A stretch of 64,000 nucleotides of DNA, from assembly GCA_043228905.1 (NCBI GenBank), contig JBHGNT010000001.1, positions 34,162,001 through 34,226,000 on the forward strand, written 5' to 3'. Under the pieces are notes generated by a model. That model ran no database searches, was not told the origin of the DNA, and was given only the letters and a program-made list of their open reading frames with translations. The stretch is from Azolla caroliniana (Eukaryota > Plantae > Polypodiophyta). This document shows positions 12,398 through 25,761 of the stretch, piece after piece; position 1 is the stretch's first letter, and each line of letters begins with the position of its first letter. A program made the translations under genes and the position numbers.

Positions 12398-12560
12398 ATT
12401 TGAATGAAGACTGAAACCTGGAAGAAATGCAATGAGTAATTTCAACGAACTCTGAAACGTGGACATATGCTATGTTTAATTTCAATGGAAGCTGAATTAT
12501 GGAAGAGATGCACTACACATTTCAATGGATGCTGAAACGTGGTGAAAATGGACTACATCT
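12398..12560. repeat. Degenerate ~40-bp tandem repeat (4 units) downstream of the TRM1 stop
   Basis: attt(c/g)aa...ctgaa...gg recurs at 12398, 12439, 12479 and 12519. Confidence 0.7.
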
Positions 12561-13585
12561 GGCCAAGAGTTTCGTGTGGCTAAGAGCAGCGATTTGCCAT
12601 CATATATTGTACATGTTGATTTGATGGAAAGGAAAACATGAGGGTTAATAAAGAAGCAAGAATCCGGCATTCCTCCAAGTTGATTAAGAGCAGTTTTTGA
12701 ATATCAAAATAAGAAGTCTTGACTTTATCAGAACACTATTTGATACCAAAAGCACTGAAGTCACAGTAAACAATGAACATTTGTTGAGTGAAACACATGG
12801 GTAAGATGTGTTGTAATTGGTCACATAATAATGAGACAGGGATTGGTCATGAATGCAATCGTTTTTAGAATTCAATGCAAGCTTATGAAAATATGGTATC
12901 TCCTATTACATTTTGACGTAATGGTTGTTGATTACGAGAAACAGTGATGTAATTGATGGTTTTGTAAATATATATCCTTAAAAGTTTTGGCAGGCCAAGA
13001 TTGGAAGTTCAACTCTTGGACCCATGAAACAAAGGGCTTTATCTAGTATATGCATACACTCACGAATGCATCCATGCTGTCCTCTGCATCGCCACTGCTA
13101 CATAATTCGAATAGATATATCGTAAGGATCAATGCATCTAAGTCATTAGTTGCAACTATGAAATTGTTAAGAAGTTTTAAATTGTGCACTTAGTAAAGTA
13201 AAAATATAAGGTCGGGGTTGAGATGGTGGTGAGAGTAAAGAGAAAAACTTTGAATTTTCCATTCTCTAGATCTAGTGACTCTCAAATGTTTTGAGTGTTG
13301 GAACCGATTAGGCTTTAGCCTTTTATGGTTTAATCGTCATGAAGATTATATCGTGGATTAAGCCCAACAATGCAAGTTGCTAACAGTACCAACAATAATG
13401 AAATGTGAATAACACCTTACTCTTGCCTATTGTGCAAGCAATTCTATACATGGCTTGAACACATGTTATTACGTCAGGAATTCACAAGGTTACCATCAAC
13501 AATCCAATGATTTAAAGTTTTAGGAAGCCACGAGTAGGAAGAAGATACTATTATAATGGAGAAGGTTGGAGCTTTATAGTAATAC

Positions 13586-13759
13586 TAGAACAAGGAATAA
13601 TCATGTTCATACCTTGGTAATTTGTCATTCATGAACCCATAACACTTGTTACAAGTTATAACTCATATGGTATAGAACAAGGAATAATCATGTTCATACC
13701 TTGGTAATTTGTCATACATGAACCCATACACTTGCTACAAGTTATAAACACTCATATGC
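13586..13759. repeat. ~87-bp tandem duplication
   Basis: 'tagaacaaggaataatcatgttcataccttggtaatttgtcat.catgaacccata..acttg.tacaagttataa' occurs twice, near-identical. Confidence 0.92.
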
Positions 13760-14219
13760 AATCGGTATCCTTTTATTATTATTGTTCTATTTTAAGTCGA
13801 GATTCATAGTGGTATTAATGAAAAGGTGCCCAAAGGCTACAAAGAATCCATACAATAATTTACAACCCTCCTACCCACATGAATTAACATGTCTAGTAGT
13901 GGAATCGGTATCCTTGCCAATGCAATGTAGATGAAAATGTCAATATCATATTACAAAAACAGAAACAAGTTTGTTTCAAGGCCATAACCGCCCGTACTTT
14001 CGCCCCATGAAGCACACTTAACACTTAAGTGTGATTCTCAAATCAATTATTCGGAAAGTTCCTATTACTTCTACAAAATGCTCCTTTCTAGTCAACGCCT
14101 TGTACGAAATAGAGGCATGGATGAATAGATAATATAATTGCTCAAATAATACAGTTGACCAAGGCAGTTGACGAACTTGTATGAAAGGTCAACCGACTTA
14201 ATGGCACGTTTACTTGGTC

Positions 14220-14254
14220 TAATGTCTTTTAAGAGACCATGATGGCCTATAAGA
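14220..14254 (-). mobile_element. 35-bp copy of the retroelement 3' stem-loop motif (copy A)
   Basis: Reverse complement tcttataggccatcatggtctcttaaaagacatta matches 16071-16105 at 31 of 35 positions. Confidence 0.75.
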
Positions 14255-14335
14255 GAGACACAGAGACGGACTCTGTTCTGCATCGGATCACATATTTGTA
14301 GTCTGTAGATATAGCAGAGCTGCCCAAATCTAGCC

Positions 14336-15999
14336 ATGCCCAAGAAAGCTGTTCTGGTGGGATGCAACTATCCGAACACCAGCTATGAGCTCTGGGGCTG
14401 CATCAATGATGTGATGAGCATTCGCAAGTCTCTCGTGGATCGGTTTGGCTTCGCCGAAAGGGACATCACCATCCTCATTGACACTGATGTCACATTCACA
14501 CAGCCCACTGGTGCCCACATCAAGCATGCCCTCCACAACCTTGTCACCAATGCCCGGCCAGGCGATGTCCTCTTCTTCCATTATAGCGGCCATGGAGTAA
14601 GATTGCCAATCCCAAAAGGAGCCAATGACACCACGGGCTACGATGAATGCATAGTACCAATTGATATGAACCTTATCACAGGTAAATTCTTTCATATTTT
14701 TGTCCTCACAAAGACACTTGGAAGACACAAAAACGATGCTTATTGCATCCAATTGACAAGATTTTTAACACTTTAAACCATCTGGGTTTGCTATTTCATG
14801 GTTTTTGTTTTACCAGATATTGAGGTTTCCAACCAGTAATTTAAAAATTACTAAAAAACAGCATGTACATGGAGTCAGTAGAGTGATTCATATATGAATG
14901 TGAGAATGGGATTTACATGAATATAGATAGTGTTTGAACATATGGATGCTCACAAAAAAAAACGCATATGAATATATATATCTATGCACACATATATGTA
15001 TGTATTAACTTATGGATGTTTGAATGCATGAATGTACATGGATTCATGAATATATATCATTCAGATGTACATACACAGATTTGCGAATATATGTATATCT
15101 GTCGTTGATGGATCCATAGAGGTAATCTTTTGGCTGGTTTGGGATTTGACAATGTAGATGATGACTTTAGAGAAATAGTGGATAAGGTTCCACAAGGTGT
15201 GACATTTACATTGGTATCCGATTCATGCCATAGTGGGGGTCTCATAAACAATGCCAAAGAACAGATCGGTGACAGCACTACTCCGCAACGGGTCACAGGG
15301 ATTCGTCATGAACTAAAACTTAAATTTTGCAGTTACATGCATCACGGTCATCGGAATTATAAGGATTCTAATGAAGATCATCTAAATGCGAACAACTATG
15401 AGAGTCTGCAAGGCTATAGGAAAAGCCGTTCCCTACCACTTCCAATGCTCATTGAGATTTTGAAGCAAAAGACAGGGAATGATGACCTTGATGATGACTC
15501 AGTCCGGCCAACGCTTTTCGACATGTTTGGGAAAGACTCGAGCTTGAATGTGAAGAAATTCGTCAAGTATTGGGTCCAGGGTATTTTGCAGAAAAGTGAT
15601 GGGGCTAGTTTGCATGGTTCAGGGACAGGAACCATAAGTAACTCGGCTTTGAAACTTTTGAAACACAAGCTGAATCGGCTTCGAAATCCGGATGACTACT
15701 TCAAGCCCGCTTACGATACACCAAATCTGATGGAAATGACACATAGGGACATGGGGATACTTGTTAGTGGGTGCCAATCCAATGAGATCTCGGCCGATAC
15801 CACTCCAACTGGGCAGCAATGCGATGCACATGGTGCCATGAGCAATGCACTTCAAACTTTTCTTTCTCAGCATGAACAACCGGTAAATAACTATCAACTT
15901 GTGAAAGGCATAAGAGACATTCTCAAGAGCCAAGGCTTCAAGCAGCAGCCCGGCCTTTATTGTAGCGATGAAAATGTGTATGCTCCCTTTATTTGTTGA
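14336..15999 (+). CDS. Type II metacaspase, ~395 aa. Exons 14336-14681 and 15158-15999
   Basis: [11 protein letters not shown] start with no prodomain; catalytic His in HYSGHG; catalytic Cys in SDSCHSGG; long p20-p10 linker containing [15 protein letters not shown]; ILVSGCQ..E.SAD; C-terminal QQPGLYCSD...APFIC. Splicing gives LITDDDFRE. Confidence 0.95.
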
Positions 16000-16004
16000 A
16001 GGTC

Positions 16005-16120
16005 TTTATTTTGGCTTGTTGTACTAAAATGTGAGATAACATTTTAAGATGTAAATATCTTGTTTGGTCGTCTTACAGGCCATCAAGGCCTCTTAAAAGA
16101 CGTTAATATTTCTTTCTTTC
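16005..16120 (+). mobile_element. ~115-bp 3' end of a LINE-like family (copy B) forming the metacaspase 3'UTR
   Basis: Aligns along its length with 33930-34027 (+) and 35165-35290 (-). Ends in the stem-loop gtctt..aggcc-N5-ggcct..aagac followed by gttaatat(ttct)n. Confidence 0.8.
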
Positions 16121-16499
16121 TCTCCTTCGGTCACGACCCATACTTGTATCTCCATGTCATGGTCTTATCTTGTATGGTATACATATAGATTATCATTCTT
16201 ACAATTTTTCTCGGGCAAAGTTGACAAAATGTTTATATACTGTAAGGTTTTGGTCTTGGAGATATATATTATATGTCATGTAACCTTTGGTACAAGTGCT
16301 TGGGGTTCTACTATAATTGTGAATGACAAGTGGCACATGGGGATCTGGTCCATGCCATCGTGTTTCAGGTTATCACTGGCTCGATGGCTTGTAAACCCAA
16401 CACTTCTTGTATAATTGATTTTATTAATTAATTTTATGGTACATGGAAATAGGAGGATGAGGCATGATAGGTCAGGTAGGGAATAGCAACATTAAGCAT

Positions 16500-17600
16500 C
16501 TTTTTCGTCCAGATGGTCCCTCTATTCCTTGACTTGCTTACCTACACAACTGCAAGCCTCAAACATAATTGCACTATGAGTGGGTATTGTTTTACAACGT
16601 TAGTTGGGTACTAAGAGGGGTGCATTTGAATCATGATCCCCAACAAATGTTGGGTTGAGTTAGATTCATTGCAACCTTTTTAATAGGTACAAAATTAGTG
16701 TGGTTCGCACCATTGGTAGAAGATTTAAATGGTTTATTGAGGAATTTCAAGCTTTCTTTGGAGCTATAGGAAATACAAGGACAATGATCAATATGATCTA
16801 AAAATTGCAACAAGGAGATTGTCCTTTCTTTGCCTATTCAACTATTTTCTTTCTGTCTATGCTTGTTGCAAATATAGAACAAAATGTCATATAAAATAAA
16901 ATCCAAGAGTGAGCTAGTACTTCAAGACACGTCAAGACAAAGATAACACAAGTATATCATTGAGCAATCATGATTTCTAATTGCGTTGGCACACATTCTC
17001 TAGCAACAAACAAAAAAGAAAACATTGATTGGGTATTGAGAGGAGGCCAACAAATCTATGGAACAATAGTTGTGTATGATTCAAATTTGCTAGGAGCTGG
17101 GGTTTGGGCTTTCGTAGAGAATTTTATACTTCCGAAGTTTGTTGTTTCAAAGTTAATTAGAATTGTTTCTAGTTGTTAGACCGAGTGTGATAGCTCATTG
17201 TATCAATGTGCCTTTTCAACACTAACTTGTTACAAGTCTTTATGCAACCTCTTATTCTTTTGCTCTGGTGTTACAAATTTGGTTGTGAGGAACTCAAGTT
17301 TTGATATGAGGCATATGTATTCTTGCTTGTTGATGGACTCCATAAGTATGAAAAGCTCCACAAAGTTCTTGGAAAAGAGAAGAAGAAGATTTTGGTTCAA
17401 TTTGTCAATGACCAAAGGCAAAATCAATATTAGATTAAGAAAGGAAAAGCCATATTATTATGGACAAGAAGAACGAGAATTACACCGTTCATGCCAAAGA
17501 CGAGTGTTCAACCAGACTGGCTTGACAACATTCAGATATAGTCCACCTACAATACATCTAGTCTTGTCGATGCTCCCAACCTACTTGTGATGCATGTTTG
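16500..17600 (+). mobile_element. Highly degenerate LINE reverse-transcriptase remnant
   Basis: Scattered decayed motifs resembling RG..QGDP (~16610-16640), WFAPLVE (~16700) and VC..K..GGLG (~17070-17105). No long ORF. Confidence 0.35.
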
Positions 17601-17894
17601 CCATTTGGTGATAGTGCTTAGCTATCACCCAATGTGCTACGAATAACTATAGCATAGATCGACCCAACAATGAAAATGTGTACAATAATGTGAAATGATG
17701 ATGAGTGTTTAACAAGCACATCAAGGGGGGTCATGGGTTCAAGTACCCCGTACTCTTTCAGTCAAGTAGGAATCACCCAAGTGGGGGAGGACGTGCCCCC
17801 CGCCCGCCCTAGGGTCAAGTTTGTGTGATCTATAATTAGTTAGTCATCATTGATCAACCAACACAGCTGACCAAGACACCACCACCAGTGCCAC

Positions 17895-17895
<1 letters not shown>

Positions 17896-17924
<29 letters not shown>
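17896..17924. repeat. (AAG)n microsatellite
   Basis: Direct reading. Confidence 0.9.
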
Positions 17925-17925
<1 letters not shown>

Positions 17926-18054
17926 GAAAATAAAGAAGAAGTGGGGTTGTTTTTTGAAGTGTCTACATGTATGTATGTCAGTAGTAAATATGTAATATAT
18001 GTGTTTATATGTGATACCCTTATCTTAGCTCCAAGCAGAAGGAAGGTCGTGGCT

Positions 18055-19184
18055 ATGGCGTCGTCTCTGTCCGCCGTGGCTCTCTCAGTTAAACCCTGCC
18101 TGAGCCCACGACAAGGTTCCATCCCTGCTCCTTCTCCTTCTTCCTCGTCATTGGCTCCATGCCTTCGTTTCTGCTCCGTCTCAGCATCCAGAAGAACGCT
18201 GTTGCTGCCTTCTGCCTCCAAGAGGTCTTCACCTTCTCAGAGGTTCAGACGAGAAAGAAACCTGATCGAACAACAAAGACTTGAAAATGAAGACGTAGAC
18301 GAAGATGAAGAAGAGTATGTCAGACCTGTTTTGCCCGGTGATGAACCAGACTTTTGGGAAGGGCCACAATGGAATGCCCTCGGGTTCATTGTCCAATATC
18401 TTTGGGCGATTGGAATTGTTGTAGCGGTGAGTTATCCTTTCTTTTATCCTTTACGCTAAAGGGAGATGGATACTCTGTTACATGATGATATGGTGTGTGG
18501 ACTGATGATGTAGAAGTGAATCAGTTAAGCTGATGATGAGGTGGATATGTGAAGTTGATGTTATAGACGTGATAACTGACGATGTGTGCGTATCAAGTCG
18601 ATGATGTAGGCATGATAACTGATGATGTAGATGAAGCCGATAAAAGTAGATGGTTTGTGAAATAATCATCCTTGATGTAGACAATAGTTGTTATGCGATG
18701 ATGTCGATGAACTAGTAACAGCATGTGCAGTTTTTTTGTAGTCATTTAATCTGAAGGACCTATACATAGAGAGGTGGAGTGGTTTATGACGTGTTTAAGT
18801 GTGCACACACATGGCCTGTATCAGTAGTTATGGATAAGATAGATATAGGCTCAGTATGGATATATATATAAGGTCTAGGTACTTCCATGTTCATCCTTTC
18901 ATTTTCTATACACAAGTTGCTTTGCATTTTCCATGCTCCTATGTGTTTCTTGGGGATCAAGTACGGTGGTGGTGGATATAAATAAATCTTCTTCCAATGT
19001 TTTTTATTTGCAGCTTACTGGATGCTTTGTCGCTGTAAGATATTACAATGAAGGTGCATCTGATTTTAAGGAAACAGAGGTATTTAAAGAAGCCATGGAA
19101 GCCCAAGGATTTGTGGAATCGCCTTCAGATTCAACAATATTTGATGAACCTGAACCTAAGGATGCACCCTCACCATCACAATAA
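18055..19184 (+). CDS. Small uncharacterised plant protein (~180 aa), likely chloroplast/thylakoid single-pass membrane protein. Exons 18055-18426 and 19014-19184
   Basis: MASS.. Ser/Arg-rich transit-like N-terminus, acidic stretch, PDFWEGPQW, hydrophobic GFIVQYLWAIGIVVA|LTGCFVAV, then YNEGASDFKET. In-frame phase-0 GT-AG intron. Confidence 0.8.
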
Positions 19185-22100
19185 CCTATATGAATCCACG
19201 TAGGAAGAGCATGTACCATTTTCTATAGCTTGGCCCCATTGTTGTTGAATTGTACTCTTGAGTATTTTTTGCTTTCTTTCTTTTTTGTGTTCTTAAATGT
19301 AGTGATATTGATCAAAACACATAGATGCCTAGCGTATGTGTAAAACATTTGCATATGTATATGTAAATAGTTCCATGGAAGCTTGGAACATCATCATAAA
19401 TATATGAATAGATTCTATTTATGATTAGGTTCTACTGGTTTTATTTAGATGTGGGTAGGCATTAGCTTTTTTACATGTGTATGTACAAGGCCTCCTTATA
19501 TTTCTTTTTTGATCAAACATATACTTGATAATAAGACGTATATATGTGTGAATGTAATTATAGTATTAAATCAAAATAATAAGAGGGCGAAAGTCATGCA
19601 AAAGTTGATATTGTGTATGAATTATGTTATTAATCAGATGGGGAGAATATTTGCAGCTCCACTCGTCTGTTGCTGGGGATGATGCTCTGTAAGGGAGAGA
19701 ACAGGAAAGACATTTCCAAAGCTGAAATATCATTTATGGCATGATTCTGTTCTGTTGTTGCATAAATAATATTTATGAAAAGCCTTTTTTTATGAATGAT
19801 ACTGTTGATTCCCTGATAATGGACCATTGCGCATCCGGCATGTATTTCATGAGTACACTTAATGCTCGCCACTGTCTTTGAGAAATTTTCATTTGGAACC
19901 ATTTCTCCCCAGTATTATTATTTTGTCACTCCTTTTTTGGGTTGGGCTTAGAAACCACAAACAGAGAAGATGCAGAGGATATACACTTGAAACCTTGGAG
20001 AATCATGTGTTTTATATTAACTCACTATACAAATATATCTCTATTATCTATGGCTGAGCTCCAGTTAGTAGTGATTATATGCTTGCAACTTTTTGTATCA
20101 ATGAGAAGGCGATATCATTTGTGTATGGGACTTGGGAGTTTCAAAATGTTCCCAGCATAGGTTGTTTTAAATGAATGTATGTAGCACAAGAGGAATGCTT
20201 GAGTAGATTTAGGCAAGGTAACTGGAAGAAATGAATTTGTGTAAGATGAGAGGTATGCATGGGAGTCAAGTACATTCATTTGATGAGAGGAATGCATGGC
20301 AATCAGGAGAACAAGACCAAGTAATGAGACAATTGATTTGACAGTATTGTGGATCTACCCCCTTACCTACATTGCGTAGGCATGAGCGAGAAGAATGTTT
20401 TTTTCTTAAAAATAAATATATATGTTTTTGTCTTAGAACTTAGAAGTAAAGATGTGCTTTTCCCTAAAAGTAGAATCTCCAAATGGACAACACAACCCAA
20501 ATGTATGACCTCACAAGTCCTCTCAACAACATGATCTATTTGGATGGCTTCCAAGAGGAGTAGGTTTGTGTGGGTGTCACTTTGGTTGGCAATCGAGGAT
20601 CGTGGTTTCATGATATGGTTTTAATATCATAATATGGAATATATTGTGGATCTGAAAATGTATAATACGTGTAATAGGAAAGTTACTAGTGGTTGTATGG
20701 TCGCGGCTTCTAAATCCAATTGACAAAGACCAATATTGTTAATTAGCACAAATGCATAGTTACAAGCTTATTGGATATTAAAAGCCTTAGATTTAGGTAC
20801 GTCAATTGGGAAGTAAAGCATGTTGCTCAATTGTACCTTTATGTAATATGATTTTTCTGGGGAAAAGAGAAAGTTGAATTTGATTAAATCACCATTGCAT
20901 TCTTGTGTATATTTTGTTCTTCCTCATACGGTTATGTTATGTGTGAGCATGCTCCAATTAAAATAGTACACAAGACATTATCAAAGAGTAGAGGTCAATG
21001 ACAATGTTCCCTTCTCTCTGTGACAATGGAAGACTACCAATGTTCAAGATCTCTCTAGGTCACAATCAACAAGTGTCAATCAAGAGTACCAACTCCAACT
21101 ATCCTAGTATTTGAACAAAGTCGCATTAATTTGTTGACTAGAAAGGGGAAGTATCATATTTATATGCTATGTTTGTTCGTAAGTGTGGTGATGAAACACG
21201 AACGAGAGTTTGATTAAGTTTGGAGGAGGTGATTAAGTATGAAATGACTTATTGGAACCTTTTACTATCTCTCATAACTTCCCATAAAGATCTACAACCC
21301 ATATAACCTTCTGGTACCTCACATAACTATCCATGAAGTTTCGTGACTTACAGAACCTTCTACTACTTTCCATGATAATCTGTAATTTTCCATTAATATA
21401 TAAAGTGTTGTATTTTAGTCGGTTACAATATCATTCTTATGAGCCAAAGTTCATGAGTTGAAGCCCTACTAGGACTAAAACATTTTTTAGTGTGGTTTGT
21501 GATGTCACTAAAATTTGTACAACATTACCACATTGAAGAGATTACCATTACAAATGTAGTCATTGAAGAGGTTCCCATTAGAAATGTCAATAACAATGAA
21601 TAAATTAATACATTTCTTTGAAGTTTATATATATATAGGCATACATGCTTCTACCTTTTGAGATCACATCACTTCTCATTGAGACCATGGACTAGGAGAG
21701 GATTATGAAGTGTATGTTTAAGCGCAAAACTATCCTATAGTTTGACTTACTAGAATTCCATGGGAAGAGATTGGAACAAAAAGTCTTAATTAGATGCAAG
21801 GTATGCAACAATGGTTTGGAAGATGTGATGCATTACTCTTGCTTGATGATGTCTCAATGGTGAATGACAGTTTTTTGTAGTGTCAATGATCAAAACTTAG
21901 CAAATTAAATGTTTTACACCTATCCTAGGATAAAATTTACAAGTAGGCATATAATTTAGATGGACTTAATCCATTGGTGTATTAGTAAGGTTAGAACATG
22001 TGGGAGAGATAAGGCTAGTGTATGAATGAAGCTTATGAGTTCGTGGGAATTGTCAAAAGATGGTTATAAACGGGTTCCTATTTTAGCATGCGGGAAAAAA

Positions 22101-25100
22101 ACAATCGATCAAGAGTCAATAAGTGACACGTTGAATTAATTGTCTTCTCATCTTGGTCTCTCTTTCTTCGTAACTTCTATTCATGGGGTGGAAGCCACCA
22201 TGGCACCACTCCTACATCGACACCAATCTACAAAACAATATTTTGCTATGAATAGGTTAATTGCACTCATCCATACATGTTAGAGCATGTCCCCCTTGTC
22301 CACAATCTGAACTACATGACTTAAGTCATGTTCTCTTTTATGTGACATGGTGCATTGGGGCATTGCGTAGGAGATTGATCGATTTTATATTTGCGAACAA
22401 GTTCACACAAACTCCACCTTCAATCCCATTTGATTGGTTTTCCAATGTTTTTAATCCCAACTTATCAAGTAGGTTTTTCTCTCGTAGTCACATTGTGTAT
22501 CCTTAATTGTAATAGTTATTAGTACAATTCTTGAGCGTCAAGAGTCACTTACAACTCCATGTATGGTGTGTGACATGTTTCACCACAAATAGAGGAGTCA
22601 TGACTACCAAAGAGATTATTACAAATGATATATGACTTTTGGCCAAATTACATTTCATGGTTTTATCAATATGGCCATACATATACGTGTCTAATGTCAA
22701 CGCACTGAATAAAGTGCACTCCAACATTTAGTTGCCAAAGGTATACACCCAATTTCTAATAATGTATAACTATTGCATAACTATTCATATCATGATAGAG
22801 TATATTACTCAAGGTTGTTGGATGAAATACAATAATCAATTTCCTTTCATATTCTCAAAATATTAAAACTGTTGAATGGAATTCGTTTTCCTTGTTACAT
22901 ATCTATCTTGTTTCATGGGTATTCATGTCATATAATTCTCTAATTTATGCTCAATAAATTGTGGTTGCTCAATAAAAGAAGTGTTAACATTTTCCATTTT
23001 ATATAACAAATCATCAGAGAGTGCAAAGTCAAAAGATCAATGTATAAAGTATCGACTTTACCATCCTAGCTCCTTCCTTGTTGCTCACGTGTCAATTCAA
23101 CAATAAAATTTGTTTACGTAAGATTGTTGATTAGTTCCAAATAGATTAATCTATAGATGATAGATCATTTCCCTTGACTTTTTGGTGCCACACAATAAAG
23201 TTGTGATGCCTTACCACATTCACATAAAGTTTTGAAATACGATGATAGTGTTTTGTTTCCATAAGGGTTACATATAAATGTACATATATTAATTTGTGAT
23301 AACTACATGCTATTAAGTCATGACATGTGAACGAGGGAAAGAAAACAATCCATAAAATGTAAGATTCTTGTGGGTGATTTTTTCATGATATAAACAAAAC
23401 AACGAACATCATTGTAAACTCACGCTTATAAAAGTTTATCACATCTTAATGTGTTGTCTCGTTCAAAACACCATATAATTAAACCATTCTTTCAATTGTT
23501 CAATAAAGCAATTACTTGATTTTTCTTGATTTAGGAAGGGAAGTGCAAAGTACTAAAACATTGGAAATGAAGTGTACTTGTTCATCTCACGATTATAAAG
23601 GACATAGTCTCAACTTTTAGGTTGTTTCATATATTGATTACATGAGTGAATCATACCTGTCTTTAAAGTTTTCTACATATTGTTTGCCACAAAGATATAT
23701 TGGCACATCTTACTTTCCATATTTACTTAAAATGATACATGACCTTGATATGATGATGCAACTACTTTGATTTGAATGTGATATGGGACACATCTTAAAA
23801 AAGGAATTATAATTACAATATAGGTTCCACGTTAGTGCATTATACTTGGAAACTTTCAAGACTCCTAAAACAATTACTGAATGTTTTTTATTTCTTTAGG
23901 ACTCCCACTCCCGAATTTGTGATCCTTTCCACACACACTCTGCTTAAGTTGAACATATTTTAAACATGGATGGCTGAATAAATAAATACTTTACATATGA
24001 GCTAACAAAGTGTTGGCAATTTTAGTTGAATTTATAATACATAGTAAATAGTTACTTGACTAGCAAAGCGTCATTAATCAATCATTTTCAAGTTCACTAT
24101 CAATGTCATGATCAACATGTGTCCCATCCATTACTTCCTAAAAGAATTTAACAAGATGGGTAGTTTCTTGGTTGCACGTCAAATGCTTTATAGCTATTTT
24201 GCTAGAAAAAACTAGTGAATATGGGCAACAAATCTAAAATTAAAAACTTCTTGGCTTACACGAAGGGGGTGTATTAAATGTTTACATTGCAATAGAGTGG
24301 TTTCAACTGGAACTCCCTTTTAATGAAACAAGAAAACATATGTTGGTGTATCTTACCATAGGCTAGAAAGGTTCTATCCTTGTCATGACAAGCGTTCATT
24401 CTTCATGACTTGACCTGCATAGATAATGTTGGGGTGATTGGCGGTATATCCTAGGGAATGCTATTTTTACAGTGAGCAAGAATTTCGATATACATATAAA
24501 GGAGTATTGAAGAACACACTGTCTTTCTGAAGAAAATGACCATAAATAACCAAGAAATAGTTAAAACCCATGGACTCATGAAGAATTGAACATATATGAG
24601 GGAACAATTTCATAAGTTCTTATCTATCCTTGTTTTTTTCATTTCTTGCCATAACTATCCTTTATCTAATGCCTTTTTGTCTAATTTTTAGTAATTGTCA
24701 TAATAAGCAAATACCTTGGTAAAGACAACTTACATTCATGAAGTTGTCATGCCTAAAAGATGAAAACTTCTTGTTATGTTCAATAAGAATCACAAACGAT
24801 ATCCCACAAATCCAACCCTATACTTATTGCATCAAGTTGAGGAGGGTTTGTGTGTGATTCTATATTATTGTTGCCACATCAAAGCAACTTTTGTGATGAG
24901 TCCATACGGCAAATAGCTTTGTCAATTCACAATATTTTATGTCGGCGGCACGGCATATTAAAGCTAGGCATGATAGACTTTTCTTTTAAACCAATCTAAA
25001 TGTATACGAGTCTACTTATTTGTCAATTGTTTTGAATATGACCCCATATTTATTTATATGATTTCTCTAAATCCAGTGTTATGTTGAGAAATATACAGGA

Positions 25101-25761
25101 AATTTACTTTTGTAGAGATTGCATTGTGACAAATTCAAGGTGATGCTAATAAGGGAACCCACCAATATGTTTATATATGTTGAGCAGAGTCCAATGTGAA
25201 ATCCAACACACTGATTCCTTGACCATCGCAAAGAGATGACGGTGGATGTATATGTTTAAGCTTTCCTGAGAATGTGTGGCATGTGCATGCGTATAAATGT
25301 GTTCACAAGGTTTGGAAATCTCTTTGACTATGTCTGGAAAATGGAGATACCTATGTAAATGTAGAAGTGGAGATACATATGTATGTAAATGTAAAAGTGG
25401 ATGTGGAGGACGTTAATGGTAATACAGAGATAAAGGGAGTTGATGTAAAACTATTGACAGGGAAAACAGGAGCAGATAAAAAAAGAACAGAGTATTGTTC
25501 TAATCATACATAATGAAGTAGCAATAATCAAAGGCAAATAATAAAAGGTAACTAGTCAACTTCTGCTTCTTTCATCAGCTTTTAAAAAATTGCCCCAATG
25601 GCCTTTTACCTCACTTTAGCTACCTTATATATATACATGCAAATATTTATATATATGTACGTGTGTATGTGTATATATATATATACACACACACACACAC
25701 ATATACGTGTGTATGTGTATTTGTGAGGAAGCATATACTTATTCACAAATGATCTCTAATT

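Noticed and set aside
20300-25300. Long AT-rich intergenic region, probably decayed transposons
   Set aside because: No ORF or motif that I could assign with confidence.
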